64,000 nucleotides of DNA from Mesotaenium endlicherianum (GCA_009602735.1 WELA01003469.1:314162-378161); one strand, 5' to 3'. Shown: positions 1 to 13,355, numbered from the stretch's first letter. Numbers and translations are program-made. The notes: generated by a model not told the origin, from the letters alone.

Positions 1-165
1 GGGGGGGGTTTGGGGAGAGGGGAGAGAGATCCAGGGGTTTTGGAAATATACTTCGGGGTTGAGGGGTTTACGAATATGAGGAAGCCCCACCAGAGGCGAC
101 CTCAGTGCAGCTGAGGGCACGAGAGAGGGCGGGGGGGGGTGAAGAGAAGGGGGGGGGGTGCTTGC

Positions 166-476
166 CTCGAACTGGAGCCACATGAGCTTACGCCCGAAGA
201 TGCGCAGGGTGGCGTAGGTGCCCAAAATGGAGTAGCCCAGCAGGAACAGCACCAGGCTGGGCGAGATGGACCTGCGGGCAGGAGACGGAGAACGCGTTAC
301 CTTTCTTTCACTCTCGCCCTCTCTCTCCCAGCTTGGGCTTGCCAGCTCAAGCCCGGCCCACTGTGAAGGACTTTGACGTAAACCTAGAGCAGTCCTCACA
401 CCCACTGAGACATGTCTGCCGTACACTGTGCACGTGCGTACGCGTGTGAACGTGTGCGTCTCTCCCTGCGTGTGTG

Positions 477-517
<41 letters not shown>

Positions 518-3086
518 CATGCGGCTCGCAGGCAGCTTGCACATGGGAGAGGAGAGGAGAGGAGCAAGCAGCATGCTCCAAGAGGCCGGCTGATGCAAAA
601 CAACAGGGCCGCAGGCGAGCAAGCAGGGCGAGCAGCCGTGCACGGACGCAGGCACGCGCACGTTCAAACTCTCACCAGAGGACGCCGGAGAAGGCGCCCA
701 CGTTGAGGATCTTGCCAGCAATGACGACGATGATGGACACGGTGCTGCTCACGAAGCTGGCCACGTCCTCGCAGATGCGCTGGTCCGGATTGTCCAGCTT
801 GCCCTCCATCTTTATGTCAAAGAACGCCCGCTCCGCTGCGCACGCGCCCTCGCCCGCCCGCCCGGCCACCAGCCCGCAAGGTCAGACAGGGACACGAGGA
901 GGAGGAGGAGGAGGAGGAGGAGAAGCGAAGGGTGGGTTCTGTAGGAGCGCCGCACACCGTGGCATGCCAGTTGGCGACAGCACGGAATTCCACGGTGGGT
1001 AGGTCCCTGCCTGGGGGTCTTGGGTCGGCATGGAACAACGACAACAGGAGAAGAAACAGGGATAAGCGGCAGCCGCCAACAGCAACACAACCAGCCAGCG
1101 GTCTCGGGGAAGGGATGCCCAGCCCAGCCAGGCCTTCGCCCTTGTCCTTTTCCTCCTCCCCCTCCTCCTCACTCCCTGCTGTACTGTGATGTGCGATGGC
1201 TTCTGACAACCAACAACAGCTACTGCTACGAAGCTGCTTGCAGAGGTCAACACCTAGTCCAAGAACAAGTCCTCTCCCTCTCACGTACTCACATTCCCCC
1301 GGGCATGTCCCAGTGAGTGCCAGAGTGCTGCTGTATAGGCCAGGAAGACTAAAGGAGGGAGGGGTGAAGGAGAAGGGGGGAGAGGGGAGGCGGGGAGATG
1401 TGTACCAAAGTAGTTGGAGATGAGAAGGGTGGTGAGCCACATGCGCCACTCCAGCCCCAGCAGCCCCTATCGTACACGTCATTACCCCACCCCCATCCCC
1501 GCCGCCACACAGACAGGTTTACTCCACTGCCAACCACCCAGCAGCACTGTTGAGCAGCAAACTCATTGGTCGTATGTTCACACACACGCACACGTGCCCG
1601 TACAGGTGCGCGTGCAGGCGGGGCGCTGGCTTGCTCGCTCTTGCTCTTGCTATTCCTCTCACGCATGCACGACTGAAACTAGAGCACATGATCCAGCAGC
1701 ACAGCAGCAGCAGCAGCAGCACCAGCACCAGCAGCCACCACACACTCACAGACAGCTGCAGGTAGGAGAGGCCCCGAAAGCTTTGGGGGGGNGAAGAAGG
1801 GGGGGAAAGTGGAGGAGGAGGAACTCCATAGAAAAGCAGAGCTGAGCAAGTGCCTGCAGGGGCAGGGGCAGGGGCAAGGGGCAAGGGGAGGCAAGGCCCA
1901 ACCAGCCAGGCAGGCAGGGTGCCAGCACCCACCTGGACGTAGTCGTAGATGGCAAAGAGGGGCGCGGCCACCACGATGATGCCGGCAAACTTCCACACGG
2001 CCAGATAGAAGCCGGGCGCGTCCTTCTTGGAAAGCGCGGTGGAGAGGTCGCGCTGCGTGTACGAGATCACCACAAACAGCCCTGCCCTCCCCCCCCCCCC
2101 CAACACATACACACACACACTTACACACAGAGACAAGCAGCTTCTTGTCGTTGGTCTTGGCTTAGGCTCATAGTGATACAAAGTGGTGCTCTTCTGTGCT
2201 GTGCTGACAAGCCCACCGCAGACACAAGCTGGCGGGCCACACAGTCTCGCAAGGACGCACCCTGACATGGCTGCACATTCCAGCTCGCAGGGGGGGGGGG
2301 CGTGCACAAGCCTGCAGGGATGGGCACGTGCACGCACGCCCCCCACTTGGCGAGTCAGCGCGCTCCTTCCCCCCCTCCTCCCCTCCTCCCAACAGCCAGC
2401 TGTGTCTGCAACGTCTCTCTCTATGCGGGGGGCAATCTAAGCAAGCATGCAAGGAACAGGTTTGCCAGTATACGACGAGGCTGAGCAAGAAGGTACGAGG
2501 CCCTGATTCAAGCAGGCCAAGTGCTGCTCTTCCCTGCCGCACAAGACATGGAGTGGATCACCCCCAACAAGGGGCCAGGCGGCGCATAGGTACCCCACCA
2601 CTTTCCTGCGAGTCGGGATCAGCGCCAGGAGTGGAGTCAGAAGGAGGAGGAGAAGATGAAACCATTTCGGAGAAGGGCAGAGCAGAGCAGTGCACCTCGC
2701 CAGCTGCTCGAGGAGGAAGAGGAGGACATAGAGGATAGAGGGTGGGGAGGGAGAAGGGCAGCGTGGCAGCGTAGCCTTGAACAGAAACACAGCAGCTGCT
2801 GCTGCTGCCGCCTAGTACTCAGAGAATGGTGGGGGTGCCCTCTGCTGTTCTGCTGAGGGAGGGCACCGAGACAAGGCCGGGAGGGAGCGCCACGTGGCTG
2901 GCTACCTGTGGAGATGCCACACAGAACCAGCATGAGGGAGATGAGGCCCCTGGCCTTCCACTTGGCGTCTCCCTTGAAGAAGGCGATGGCCACCCGGAAG
3001 AATCTTCTGAGCTGCAGGGTGAGAGCCATCTTGCGGCCGCTCTTTGCCGCATATGCTGACTGGACGTTCTCCCCCTTCCGCCTCAT
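166..3086 (-). CDS. ABC transporter D family (ABCD) membrane domain, spliced, 3' part beyond window start
   Basis: Exons 3086-2906 (MRRKG..MALTLQLRRFF..LCGIST), 2081-1933 (GLFVVISYTQRDLSTAL..YDYVQ), 835-676 (AFFDIK..LDNPDQRICEDV..FSGVLW; DNPDQRI is an ABCD hallmark) and 271-166 (SISPSLVLFLLGYS..FGRKLMWLQFE). The 2906/2081 and 676/271 joins are in phase. A short exon expected between 1933 and 835 was not found (single N at 1792). The start may lie further upstream (donor-like site near 4037). Confidence 0.85.
469..514. repeat. (GT)n microsatellite in ABCD intron
   Basis: Visible dinucleotide run. Confidence 0.9.
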
Positions 3087-4820
3087 GGGGGGGCCTCTTC
3101 CTCTCGCACCCGGATGGGCGCCAGATGGCAGCAGAGGAGCCCCATCTTCCTCCAGCCCTCCCTGGCGGCCCACTCCAGCAGCAGCAGCAGCACAGCACAC
3201 AGATCGTGACAGAATGGACGTTGTCACAACCGTCAGGACCCTGAGCGCTTGATGAATACATAGAAACAGACAGTATAGTGTTCAGGGTTGCGTTGTTCCT
3301 TCATGACAGAAGCAAATGGTTGATGACGCGGTGTGGACCGTCAGTGTACAGCTCAGCTGCTGAGCTGTTGAGCTGCTGAGCTGCTGAGCTGCTGAGCTGG
3401 CATTAATCCAAAGGAGCACCGTGATGTCCACATCCAGAGTCAAAGAGTGTGTTAGCGCTTTAACATCGAGAAGGCATGCGCAGTACCAAACTAGCTGGCA
3501 AGTAGAGACCGGCGAAACTGGCCAGTAGGCTGAGGGACAAGTCGTCCCGGCCGTGCCCATCGCCTGGCTTGCTGCAAATCCGCAGATTGCTCTGCAATGC
3601 TCCCGAAGCATCACACACGCCTCTCATGGCTGGCCACACAGAGGCAGCTCGTGGCACTGAGGGGTGGTTCTTTTCTCCCTTCTCCGCATCCGAAGGCCAG
3701 CATGATAGAAGACATGCCCTTCCCATAAGTTGCCACACAACCATATGGACCACTTGGGCTCCCTAACCTCGTCAATGGTTGTCATCAAAGTGCATAAGTG
3801 TAGCCTAGCTTCGATTTTTCTCTATTTACATCCCACGATCCTTTTACTGAAGCAGTAAGAAGAGCAAAACATTATTATGTGTTGCCATCTGGCAAAAGAG
3901 TGGTCTGCAGGTACTGCGCTGAATGGTTCTTGAAAAGGGTGTGATTGAGTGGTCATAATTCAAACATGTTTTGGATGGAGGGACGCTCTTGGCTCATGGT
4001 ACATTTTGGCAGTAACAACCTGACGAAACAAACTCACCTTTACCAGGCCAGTCGAGCCAGCCATCGAGACACTTGCTAGTGTCGTAAGTTACAGTGGTTC
4101 CAACTCACTTTCCACTTTCCAGAATCCTACACGAGGATAAAACCCAGCACATTACCGCAACACGATGTTCTCTGTCTTCCAGATCTGAAGACATACAAAT
4201 ACTGCAGTAATGGCTGGCGCTTGTATCACCGGCCTCTTTTACTAATAACTACATGGAAGATCCTGAAGAGAGAATATTAATTGTTGAAATGAGTGATCCT
4301 TAAGAGTCGTCACTCAGCTCTCGAGGTGCCTGCAGGCACTTGCAGGTTGCCCAATAGATAGGATGCAGAAAAACTCGAAGCAACTCGAAGACTTTATGCG
4401 TCGCGCATTGACTTTTTCCCGGAGCTAGGCCCAATTAGATGAGTGCATGAGATTAACCAAATGCAACACTTTTGAACTCTTCGCCAGTCATCGCCCAGCG
4501 TGGCCCCGGAATGTCGCAACCGATCCATTCTAGTGTTGACTCATTGTCGCTAAGTGGGGTTTGTGGATTTGTGTATGGTTGTGAAATGTCGTGATGAGCA
4601 GTGATGAGCCATCGAAGTGCAAATGTGTGGCTTGTTTCGCATTGTGTACGCATTTTATTTTTCGCCAACTGTGTCATCATCTGCCGTTTGACGGTTGTGA
4701 TGTAGGAACTAACTGGCCGTAGAGGTACCCATAGAGTGCACAGAGCTTGAGGGACGAGTGGCAGCGCTAGTAGAAGAGTTGCAGTGACATGGTCCTGACG
4801 TCGACGACACTAAATATTCA

Positions 4821-4880
4821 TAGTCGTAAGCAGTCGTGAGTGGTCGTGACCCACCGTGAGCAGTCGTATGTAGTCATATC
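4821..4880. repeat. Six-unit degenerate 10-bp tandem array in the ABCD/URI divergent intergenic region
   Basis: tagtcgtaag cagtcgtgag tggtcgtgac ccaccgtgag cagtcgtatg tagtcatatc. Confidence 0.8.
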
Positions 4881-5417
4881 CGTCAACTCAAGTTGACTAA
4901 AAGTCGGTTACGTGTGAGGCGCAGACCATGCAGACCATGACCAATTCATCCCAAAGCCAAGGATCACGACATTTCATTGCTCTAAAATGTTTAACTGGTA
5001 TCATCTTCGGCGGGTGCTGATGCTCATTTGCCAAGCTAGCGAAGCCTTGGGCTTCTGCAGCTCGTATCCTCATGCTCTCCTTCGCAAAGGAAACAAGTCC
5101 AACTCAGGTAACAGGCTCCCATTTAGACTCAAAATTTGGATACATTCGCTGACTTTAAAGCAGAAATTTTCAGGCGATGAAGCAGGCTTATCATACGCGC
5201 AACGTGAGATAGGAACATACTAAGTCGTTCTTAGCCCGCAGGTGCCCATTGCAGCCCGTGGAGGGACTTTGGGGCAGTATTGGCATCTAATTTTCATTTA
5301 CATTCTTCTCACGGCACACAAGATATCAGCAAATACTAGAGCTGGCTATTTTATTACGCATCAAAGCTTCATAGGTTCATGCACACCTCTTGCGTACTGT
5401 CTGCAGTCGTCAGCTAG

Positions 5418-8400
5418 ATGGATCATATCAGAGATGTGCAGGGAGGCCTTGCTTCCGTGAAGGCCGAGGAAGCCCAGGTCGCGGTGAAGCAGCTCCTGAA
5501 GAACCTCGAGGAAGAGGAAACTCGCCTTCAGAGCCTTCAAAAATTTGCGGAGGACAATTTGGCCCTGCAAAGTCTCGTCCACGAGCTGCCAGACCGTGTC
5601 AATCACCGCATCATGGCATGCACCTCGCCAGAATGTTGGCATCCTTCATCCAATACTTTCAAACTTGTGCCCTTTAACTCTGTTATACCTTTCAGCCGTT
5701 CTCTTCCTCTCTCTTCCGTCTTCATTGCTGGTTACGAAGAGGCTTGACGCTGAAGGAACTATGAAGATGTTCTTCTATGCCTGTATGCATGTATGCATGT
5801 AGTAATCGACTCCATCAGCTTTTGTCGAAGACGTCTTCTGTTCAACTCTTGCATCCTTCCTGCATTGCTGATTGCAACGATGTCAAGTGCTAGCGGGAGA
5901 CTGTGAAGATGTACTCACATGCCTGTACGTGTGTGCCCAATCATGTCTGTATATTTGTCTTGCAGGTGCCTTTTGGGCGTGCCGCCTTCTTTCCTGGAAA
6001 ACTCGTCCACACCAACGAAATGCTGGTGCGTTTTTCTTGCCACCCCACCTCACAACTCGTTTTCAGTGCCTTGACTTTGACCGCAACCACGCCTTCGTCC
6101 CCTGCTGTTTTTCTGCGAGAAAGCACTGTCAAGTATGTCTCTCTATGTCTCTGTCTTTGAGCAAATGGCTGCCTCTAGCATCTGCCGTCTCCAGGCACTC
6201 ACACGCAGCTTTGAGCATCTTCAGTTTTCAGAAGCCTGATATATGTGTTCACCGGCAACTTTGCAGATATGTTTAAATGAAGGACTGATTTGTTGTGTAT
6301 GAGAATGTTTTGAATAGACTTCCTATGAATTGAAGAATCAGACAACTTGGACAGTCCTGTTCACAGCAGCAATAGTTACTCCTGAGCAAACATGCTCTAG
6401 GGTTCAGGATTCCAGAGATGGGGGGATTTAGCGTGGTGGGAGGCCAGCATGCGAGTCCAAGATTAACCTCTAGCTCTCCTTTCCTCGTGTTCTGCCTCTT
6501 TCCTCATCACACATTGTGCGAAGATGCCAGGGCAGACACTTGCCTCTTCTTGCTCTTGAACTTGCTGCAAATACTATTCTCCTGCCCCCTGTTCATACCT
6601 TCAACACCTCCTGGATGTGCAAGACCAAACCTTACAAGATCAAATCACAAGCATTAGATATCAACCTCCGCAAAGCTAGGAGCCCGGAGTCGAGTTCCTC
6701 CTTCAGCCCTTTTTCCAAAAGGAACCCCTGCAGACTGAAGCAGAATCCCAATTCAGATCAAGCAGTGGACCAAAAGATCTCAGCTCGTGGAGAGGGGCGG
6801 GACTTTGCAGGTGCTTCTGGGGGAGGGCTACTACGCGCAGAGATCGGCGCGACAGACGGGCGAGATGCTGCAGAGGAGGGCTGATGTCATCCAGCAGCGC
6901 CTGTCTGCGCTGGAGGCCCACGTCTCCAATCTGCGCACCCACCTCTCCTTTGCCTCGAGCTCCATAGCTGATGCGCAGGTATGTGTGTATGAGAGAGGGA
7001 GGGAGGGAGAGCAAGTGTGTATTTCTAAGAGAGCGGGTGTTTATGTAAAGGATATGGTGTGGGTGTGTATGTGTGTTTTCGTGTTCCTGTGTGAATGCGG
7101 GTTTAAATGCTAAGCTCTTTCCTGTCCAATCACGGCTGCCTGCCGTAGAGAGTCAGGGTTTAGTCTGCTCAGGCGCCGCTGCGTCAGAATTCCAAAACCT
7201 CGTACCCTGGAATATGCACCCCGGTCCTCGTCTGCCCTGGTGTACAGGACACGAGATCGTATGCTAGAATGCTTGCTTCCGGGCCTCTCCCGAGCCTGTC
7301 CCGAGCCTAACCAGCACCAGAAATGCAGAACCTTCCTCCAGCCTCACCCTCCCCCCCCCTCCAACCACACACTATACCTTTCACTTGACAATGGACAATA
7401 AACGGAGATGGCATGTGGCGCATTTGAATGCAGGGCCCTTGCCACCTCTGTGTCTATCCTTTATATGTATGAGTTATGTGTGTGAGTGTGCGTGCGTGTG
7501 CGTGTGTAACACATTTTCACGGTCACTCTCTAGGCCTGCGAGCCGCCCCACCCGCCGCAGCTTGCTTCGCCAGCCTGCATTAGCGCGACGCTTGCTTGCC
7601 ACCACATGGCGTTCCCAGTGTTCCCATTGTTGGAGTTTCTTTTCTCCTTTTCTTTTGATCTGCCTGCGTGCTATTTTTGCAGGAGAGGGTTTGCGCTAGT
7701 GCGCGGCTCTTGTCGCAATTGGTGAGAGCGCTCTCATATAGCGTTCTAGGGTGTGCATATTTGTACGAACTGATGTGTGATTTACTATAAAGCTGATGAC
7801 GGTACTTACATTCGCATTATTATCAAACATATATATGGATATATTCATGTATACATATATCTAGTAATCTGTTATGCATGTGTTATGCGTGTCAATGTAT
7901 GTGTGCAACCTCCCTCAGCCCTCACGCAGCTCAAGCCCTTCCCTCCAAACCCGCACACATGTGCCGCTATTGTTGCAGGAGGGCATAGTGGAGATCACTG
8001 AGCCCTATGAGGAGCCATCACATGGCAGGCAGATGCGGCCCCCTGTGGCTGGGCCATCCTGCGCGCCTGCTGGTGTGCCCCCCCACCCTTCCCTCCTCCC
8101 CCCCCCNNNNNNNNNNNNNNNNNNNNNNNNNNNNNNNNNNNNNNNNNNNNNNNNNNNNNNNNNNNNNNNNNNNNNNNNNNNNNNNNNNNNNNNNNNNNNN
8201 NNNNNNNNNNNNNNNNNNNNNNNNNNNNNNNNNNNNNNNNNNNNNNNNNNNNNNNNNNNNNNNNNNNNNNNNNNNNNNNNNNNNNNNNNNNNNNNNNNNN
8301 NNNNNNNNNNNNNNNNNNNNNNNNNNNNNNNNNNNNNNNNNNNNNNNNNNNNNNNNNNNNNNNNNNNNNNNNNNNNNNNNNNNNNNNNNNNNNNNNNNNN

Positions 8401-8466
8401 NNNNNNNNNNNNNNNNNNNNNNNNNNNNNNNNNNNNNNNNNNNNNNTCCACCCTTCTCAATGCCCC

Positions 8467-8523
<57 letters not shown>

Positions 8524-10730
8524 TTGTGTGTGTGTATGCGTAGGTGTCTCAGTCGGTCAGTCAGTCAATCCAGCGTGCACCACTGCCGCTGCTCCATCAC
8601 CATTGCACCTACACCAGCAGAAGCAGGCCATGCATCATATCCTCTACTACTTCCACTGCATCACCACCAGCACCATCACCAGGGCTACAGCACACTGGCC
8701 ATTGCCACAGCGGCACCTCCGCCCACGCTGCACAACCACCAATACCAGCAGCAGGCCCTGGTAGGGTCAGCTCACGGTTCGCATGCCTAGAATGGGGACC
8801 TTTAGTGTGCTCCTGCTCTTTGTCTTTCCTGCTCCCACTACTGCTGCTGCTGCTCCTGCTCCTGCTCCTGCTCCTGTTGTTGCTGTTGCTCCTGCTGCTG
8901 GTGTTGCTGTTGCTCCTGCTGCTGTTTTTTCTGCTGCTCCTGCTGCCTCCCCTGCTCCTGCTCCTTCCGCTCCTGCTTTGCTGCTGCTGTTCTTGCTCCA
9001 GCTCCTGTTCCAGCTTTTGCTGCTCGGCATAGCATGCATGCTTGGAAGAGCGCTGGTGTAGTCCCTTCTGCATCTAGGGCTGTATCATTGCGCGGCCTCT
9101 TCACGCTAGCAGCCATAGATAGTTCACCTATTGCTCAAAGGTGCCCTCTCAGAGGCCAGGGCCAGCATTCATGCCCTTCCTCCTCGCGGGCCGCCGGCGC
9201 ACAAGCCCACAAGCAGCTGCAGGCTTTATGCACAGCTCAGGATATATGCTTAGTGGTTGATGTTGAGCGGGGGAGAGGGTTTCGCAGCGCGTGGGACAGA
9301 AGAGGTGCATGGGAAGGAGAGAAAGTCTGAAGAGAAGCGAGAAGAGGGGCGAACGGAGGAGCAGGGGCGGGAGGATAAGAAGGAGCAGTCGCAGGCAGCA
9401 ACAGGGCGGCAGGAGGATGAGGATGAGGAGCACCGGCGCCTCATGGAGCGCCTGTCCCAGCTGGAGCTTGCTGAGGAGTCTGCACGCTCGCAGGCGGGCG
9501 GCAGTGATGAGGAGGATGAGGTCTCAGGCTCTGACGACGCTCACGAGGACGAAGAGGAAGAGGACGAGGGGAGGCTGGGCGAGGGTGAAAGCGACGGCGG
9601 CGAAGAGGAGGAGGACGAGGAGGAGGCGGAGGAGGAGGGAGAGGAGTCGGAGGAGGAAGAGTGGCGGGGAGAGGAAGAGGAAGAGGAGTGCCGGATGGGG
9701 CTGCCTTCACGCGAGGCGCACAGCGCAGGAGGGGGAGGAGCAGGCAAGCAGCAGGAAGGCGAGCGTGGCAGTACGGGGTTCGGATCCCCCACCACCTTCA
9801 TGCTGCCGGACTTAGGGCCGCTAATGACATCATCAATCGATGAGGTAAGGGCACGTGGCCCACAGCTGCATACGCATGCTCTGGCAGGCGCCACCTCAGC
9901 AGCAGCAGCAGCAGCAGCAGGGGTGGGGGCTGGAGCGGGATCAACGAGAGGGCCGGGAGCGGGAGGTGACGCGGCAGCAGAGGCAGCTGGAGTAGCATCG
10001 AGGGGAGCAGGTGCAGCAGCGGGAGCGGGGGGAAGGGAGCCCCGGCCTCAAGGCAGGCGCAAAGAGGTGAGTTGAGCCGGGCTCTTGTCGTTGATGGCGC
10101 ATGCCTGCATGCGCGGCTGGCTGCGCGGAGGCGTGCATGCCTGTGCGCGTGCAGGCGCGCTCTGTCCTGGTGTCGAGAGATTCTTCTGAGGTGGAGCGCG
10201 AGGGCTTGGAGGAGGCGAGGAGGAGGCGCTGCCAAGAAGAGAGGAAGAAGAAGATGAGCCTTGGCTTGTTGCTACCTGTTTGCAGAGGGGAATGCCGGTG
10301 TTTTGTAGTCAGGTTTTGCGCGCCAGCAAAGGCTTTTCCTCCTCCAGCTGCAGCAGAGACAGCCACTCCCAGGCAGCTGCCTCTCTCTTCGTGACACACA
10401 CACACACAAACACAAACACACATACACACACACGCAGAGACATTCTCGCACACACACGCACGCCCATCATGCGCGTGTGCATATGCGTGCAGGAGCCGCT
10501 TGTTGCATGCTTCAGCAGAGTTTGTTCTTGGAACCGATGGGCCCTGCTCACACTGGGAGCTTATTAGTAGACCAGGTCAGAGTCATCTGAACCACCAGGG
10601 CTGCTTCTGATTCTATGATCACCTTTGCTACGCAGGCCATAAGCATAGCCGTCATCGAGCGCACTCCTGAGTCCCTTTTGCAGCATAAGCAGCAGCAGGA
10701 GGTGGAGGATAAGGGGCCTCCACAAGTCCA
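5418..10730 (+). CDS. URI1: URI1/Bud27-like unconventional prefoldin RPB5 interactor, spliced; 3' end uncertain
   Basis: Exons 5418-5615 (GC donor), 5966-6025 (VPFGRAAFFPGKLVHTNEML), 6811-6978 (VLLGEGYYAQRSARQ) and 7979-gap (EGIVEITEPY). An acidic exon at about 9257-9844 has EEHRRLMERLSQLELAEE, and a probable exon from 10636 reads AISIAVIERT. Alpha-prefoldin domain plus acidic tail is the URI architecture. N-gaps interrupt the model. Confidence 0.8.
8107..8446. other. Assembly gap (N run)
   Basis: Run of n, preceded by a C run and followed closely by (CT)n. Confidence 1.
8820..9022. repeat. CTG/CTGCTC low-complexity repeat
   Basis: Mixed tri- and hexanucleotide repeat within the URI locus. 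Confidence 0.85.
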
Positions 10731-10782
10731 ATCAATGTTACCTGTACTTTCCCGCCACCCCGCTCCGCCCCTCCCTTCCCGT

Positions 10783-10785
<3 letters not shown>

Positions 10786-10817
<32 letters not shown>

Positions 10818-11149
10818 NNNNNNNNNNNNNNNNNNNNNNNNNNNNNNNNNNNNNNNNNNNNNNNNNNNNNNNNNNNNNNNNNNNNNNNNNNNNNNNNNNN
10901 NNNNNNNNNNNNNNNNNNNNNNNNNNNNNNNNNNNNNNNNNNNNNNNNNNNNNNNNNNNNNNNNNNNNNNNNNNNNNNNNNNNNNNNNNNNNNNNNNNNN
11001 NNNNNNNNNNNNNNNNNNNNNNNNNNNNNNNNNNNNNNNNNNNNNNNNNNNNNNNNNNNNNNNNNNNNNNNNNNNNNNNNNNNNNNNNNNNNNNNNNNNN
11101 NNNNNNNNNNNNNNNNNNNNNNNNNNNNNNNNNNNNNNNNNNNNNNNNN

Positions 11150-11226
<77 letters not shown>
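10786..11226. repeat. (CT)n microsatellite spanning an assembly gap (N 10818-11149)
   Basis: CT runs on both sides of the N run. Confidence 0.9.
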
Positions 11227-11229
<3 letters not shown>

Positions 11230-12792
11230 AATATGCATTGATGACCTGGTGACCCTGTGACTTGGTGAGGCTCAGAACATGACAGGCTTGTCTTTCTTCA
11301 ACTTTTTCTGATAGTGGCTTCTTGAGGCCACTCCACAGACACGTAAGAAGCTTCTACCAGGAATTGACATCATGAAGTATCCGGCCACATCTGCTTCGTT
11401 CCTTGAGCTTGGCCTTTACGAGCTTGCACTTGGTAGTGGGAGCAATGCCGTGGTCAATCTTGCGTGGTTGTGGTGTCGGTATTTTGTGGGTGCGGCGTCA
11501 TATGTTTGGTCGGTAAGGTGTCATGTTCCGTGGGTATCACATGGCTTGCAATGTCAATGTTAAGTGGCCCAAGTGTCCATATTGTTTGGGCTTGGTGTAA
11601 GTATTGAATGGACATGATTTTATTTGTTGTTGAAACAGAAGGTCAGCATCACACATGGGCTCGGTCACAGTGTTGGGACGGGGGAAACTTGGTTTGCCTC
11701 GTTGGCATGGTGATGTCTCTTCATGGCCCGCAGTTCGCTTCAGGTTTTCAAAAGTAGGTACCAATATTTTGGAGAAACTGTAGGAAGATGTATGCATGAG
11801 AGGCATGCCAATTGGGGACAAATAGTGCGAATAGACTACCACAGCATGGTGTAGAGAGGAGAGGGTTGCGAACATCTTGCTAGGAAATCCTCATCATACA
11901 CTGGGATCATTCCTGCGCATCTCTAGTCTCAATGATGGAGGTGCCTATTGTAGTGCGGTCTAGAATGAGATGCATTTTGTGAGCCTCAAAAAGCTGATGT
12001 TGGTGTGGTGTTGGTGTTGGGACCTTATGCCAGGTGGCAAAGGATGGGGACACGGGGGGCCGGCCAGTTTCGCGCTTCAAATTGCGCCATAGAGGCCAGT
12101 AGCCAAAGACTCCAAGAGTTCGAGTCCATGTGGTGTCCTCACAAAATCTTGATCAACGTCACGTGGATTAAAGCTTGTGTTTCTGGTAATTGGAACCTTG
12201 TTGGTCATCTGAGTTGAGAGCTTTGTTGGAATCGACATGTTGGACTTGAACCTGCCCTTTTCAATTGTTAAGATAGTTGGACAGTTGTGCTGAGAGCTAG
12301 CAATCATCAACATACTTCTTCAAATTGCGTGCCCCCAACAAGCTCTATAGGAGTTGGAGCAAGTTTGAGAGAATGTCACGAACGTTGAGAAAAAGGGGAA
12401 CGCAAACTTGATCATGCAAAACAATGTATGAACGCTCCAAAGAGATGGTTTGCAAAATTAAGTCAGCAAAGCCATGTGCGGCGGTTTTGTCGGAATGGTC
12501 TGAATTTAAGACACTAGTAGATAGCTTCCATATTAAGCCTTACCTAAATTTTCAGGCACAGATGACATATTCTCCATAAGTTACTGCACTTTCAGTGAAA
12601 TTGAAGAATTTGTCGTCAAAAGTGGAAATTGTCAACTTCTCATATTCTTGCTGCTTCATACAAATGATCATCAGTTGTACAAAAAGTTCCTAATTGACTT
12701 CATTTTTAGAGAGGATATTATGGACCCTCATATGAAGCCAGGGAAAAAGAAAAAACCAATTTTCATAGAACCACTTTAAGTTTAGGCTTCTG

Positions 12793-13355
12793 AAGTGTGC
12801 CATGTGGTGCTTTCACACATGTGAAGAGTGCCAGTCCACAAAATGAGGTACACTTGTTGTACGGATATGAAAATTGTATCATTGGATTTCTCATACCTCC
12901 ATAGTGCTATTGGTAAATCTGTGGGTCATTCCATCCATTGAGACCCAAGATATGGATGGAAAGTAAAATCTGCAAAAGTAAGCGATGATTGAAAATAGGT
13001 TACATGTTGCACTATTTTGTTACTTCAAGTAGATGCCATCAATTGTACCCCACTTTCTTGACTCCCCCCAATTTTGTGGAAATATTGAGGACCCTACCGG
13101 GTAACCATGGAACAAAAAAAATCAGTGTGCATGAAACCAAACGAGACTGTGGGCTCCCTAAGTGTGCCAGGTGACGCTTTTGGCACATGTGAAGCATGCC
13201 AGTCCGTACAACGCAGAAACACTTGGAGTACGGATCTGAAAATGGTTCTACTAGATTCTGCATCCCCCCTTAGTGCTACTGGTAAAGTTACAGCCTACTC
13301 TAAGCACCATTGCCCAAGATAGGGCCCATGAGCTACACATGCAAAAGTAGGCGAT
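12793..13355. repeat. Pair of degenerate ~195-bp direct repeats (12793-12986, 13160-13355)
   Basis: Collinear shared blocks aagtgtgcca, cacatgtgaag, tgccagtcc, gtacggat.tgaaaat, tagtgcta.tggtaaa, cccaagata and gcaaaagta.gcgat at an offset of about 368 bp. Confidence 0.75.

Noticed and set aside
8518..9116. Overlapping poly-L, poly-Q and poly-A ORFs
   Set aside because: Produced by stop-free CTG/CAG repeats; not supportable as separate genes
11666..11672. CACAGTG (RSS heptamer) upstream of the RAG1-like transposase as a TIR
   Set aside because: No nonamer at 12 or 23 bp and no inverted partner found to the right of the element; a 7-mer is expected by chance
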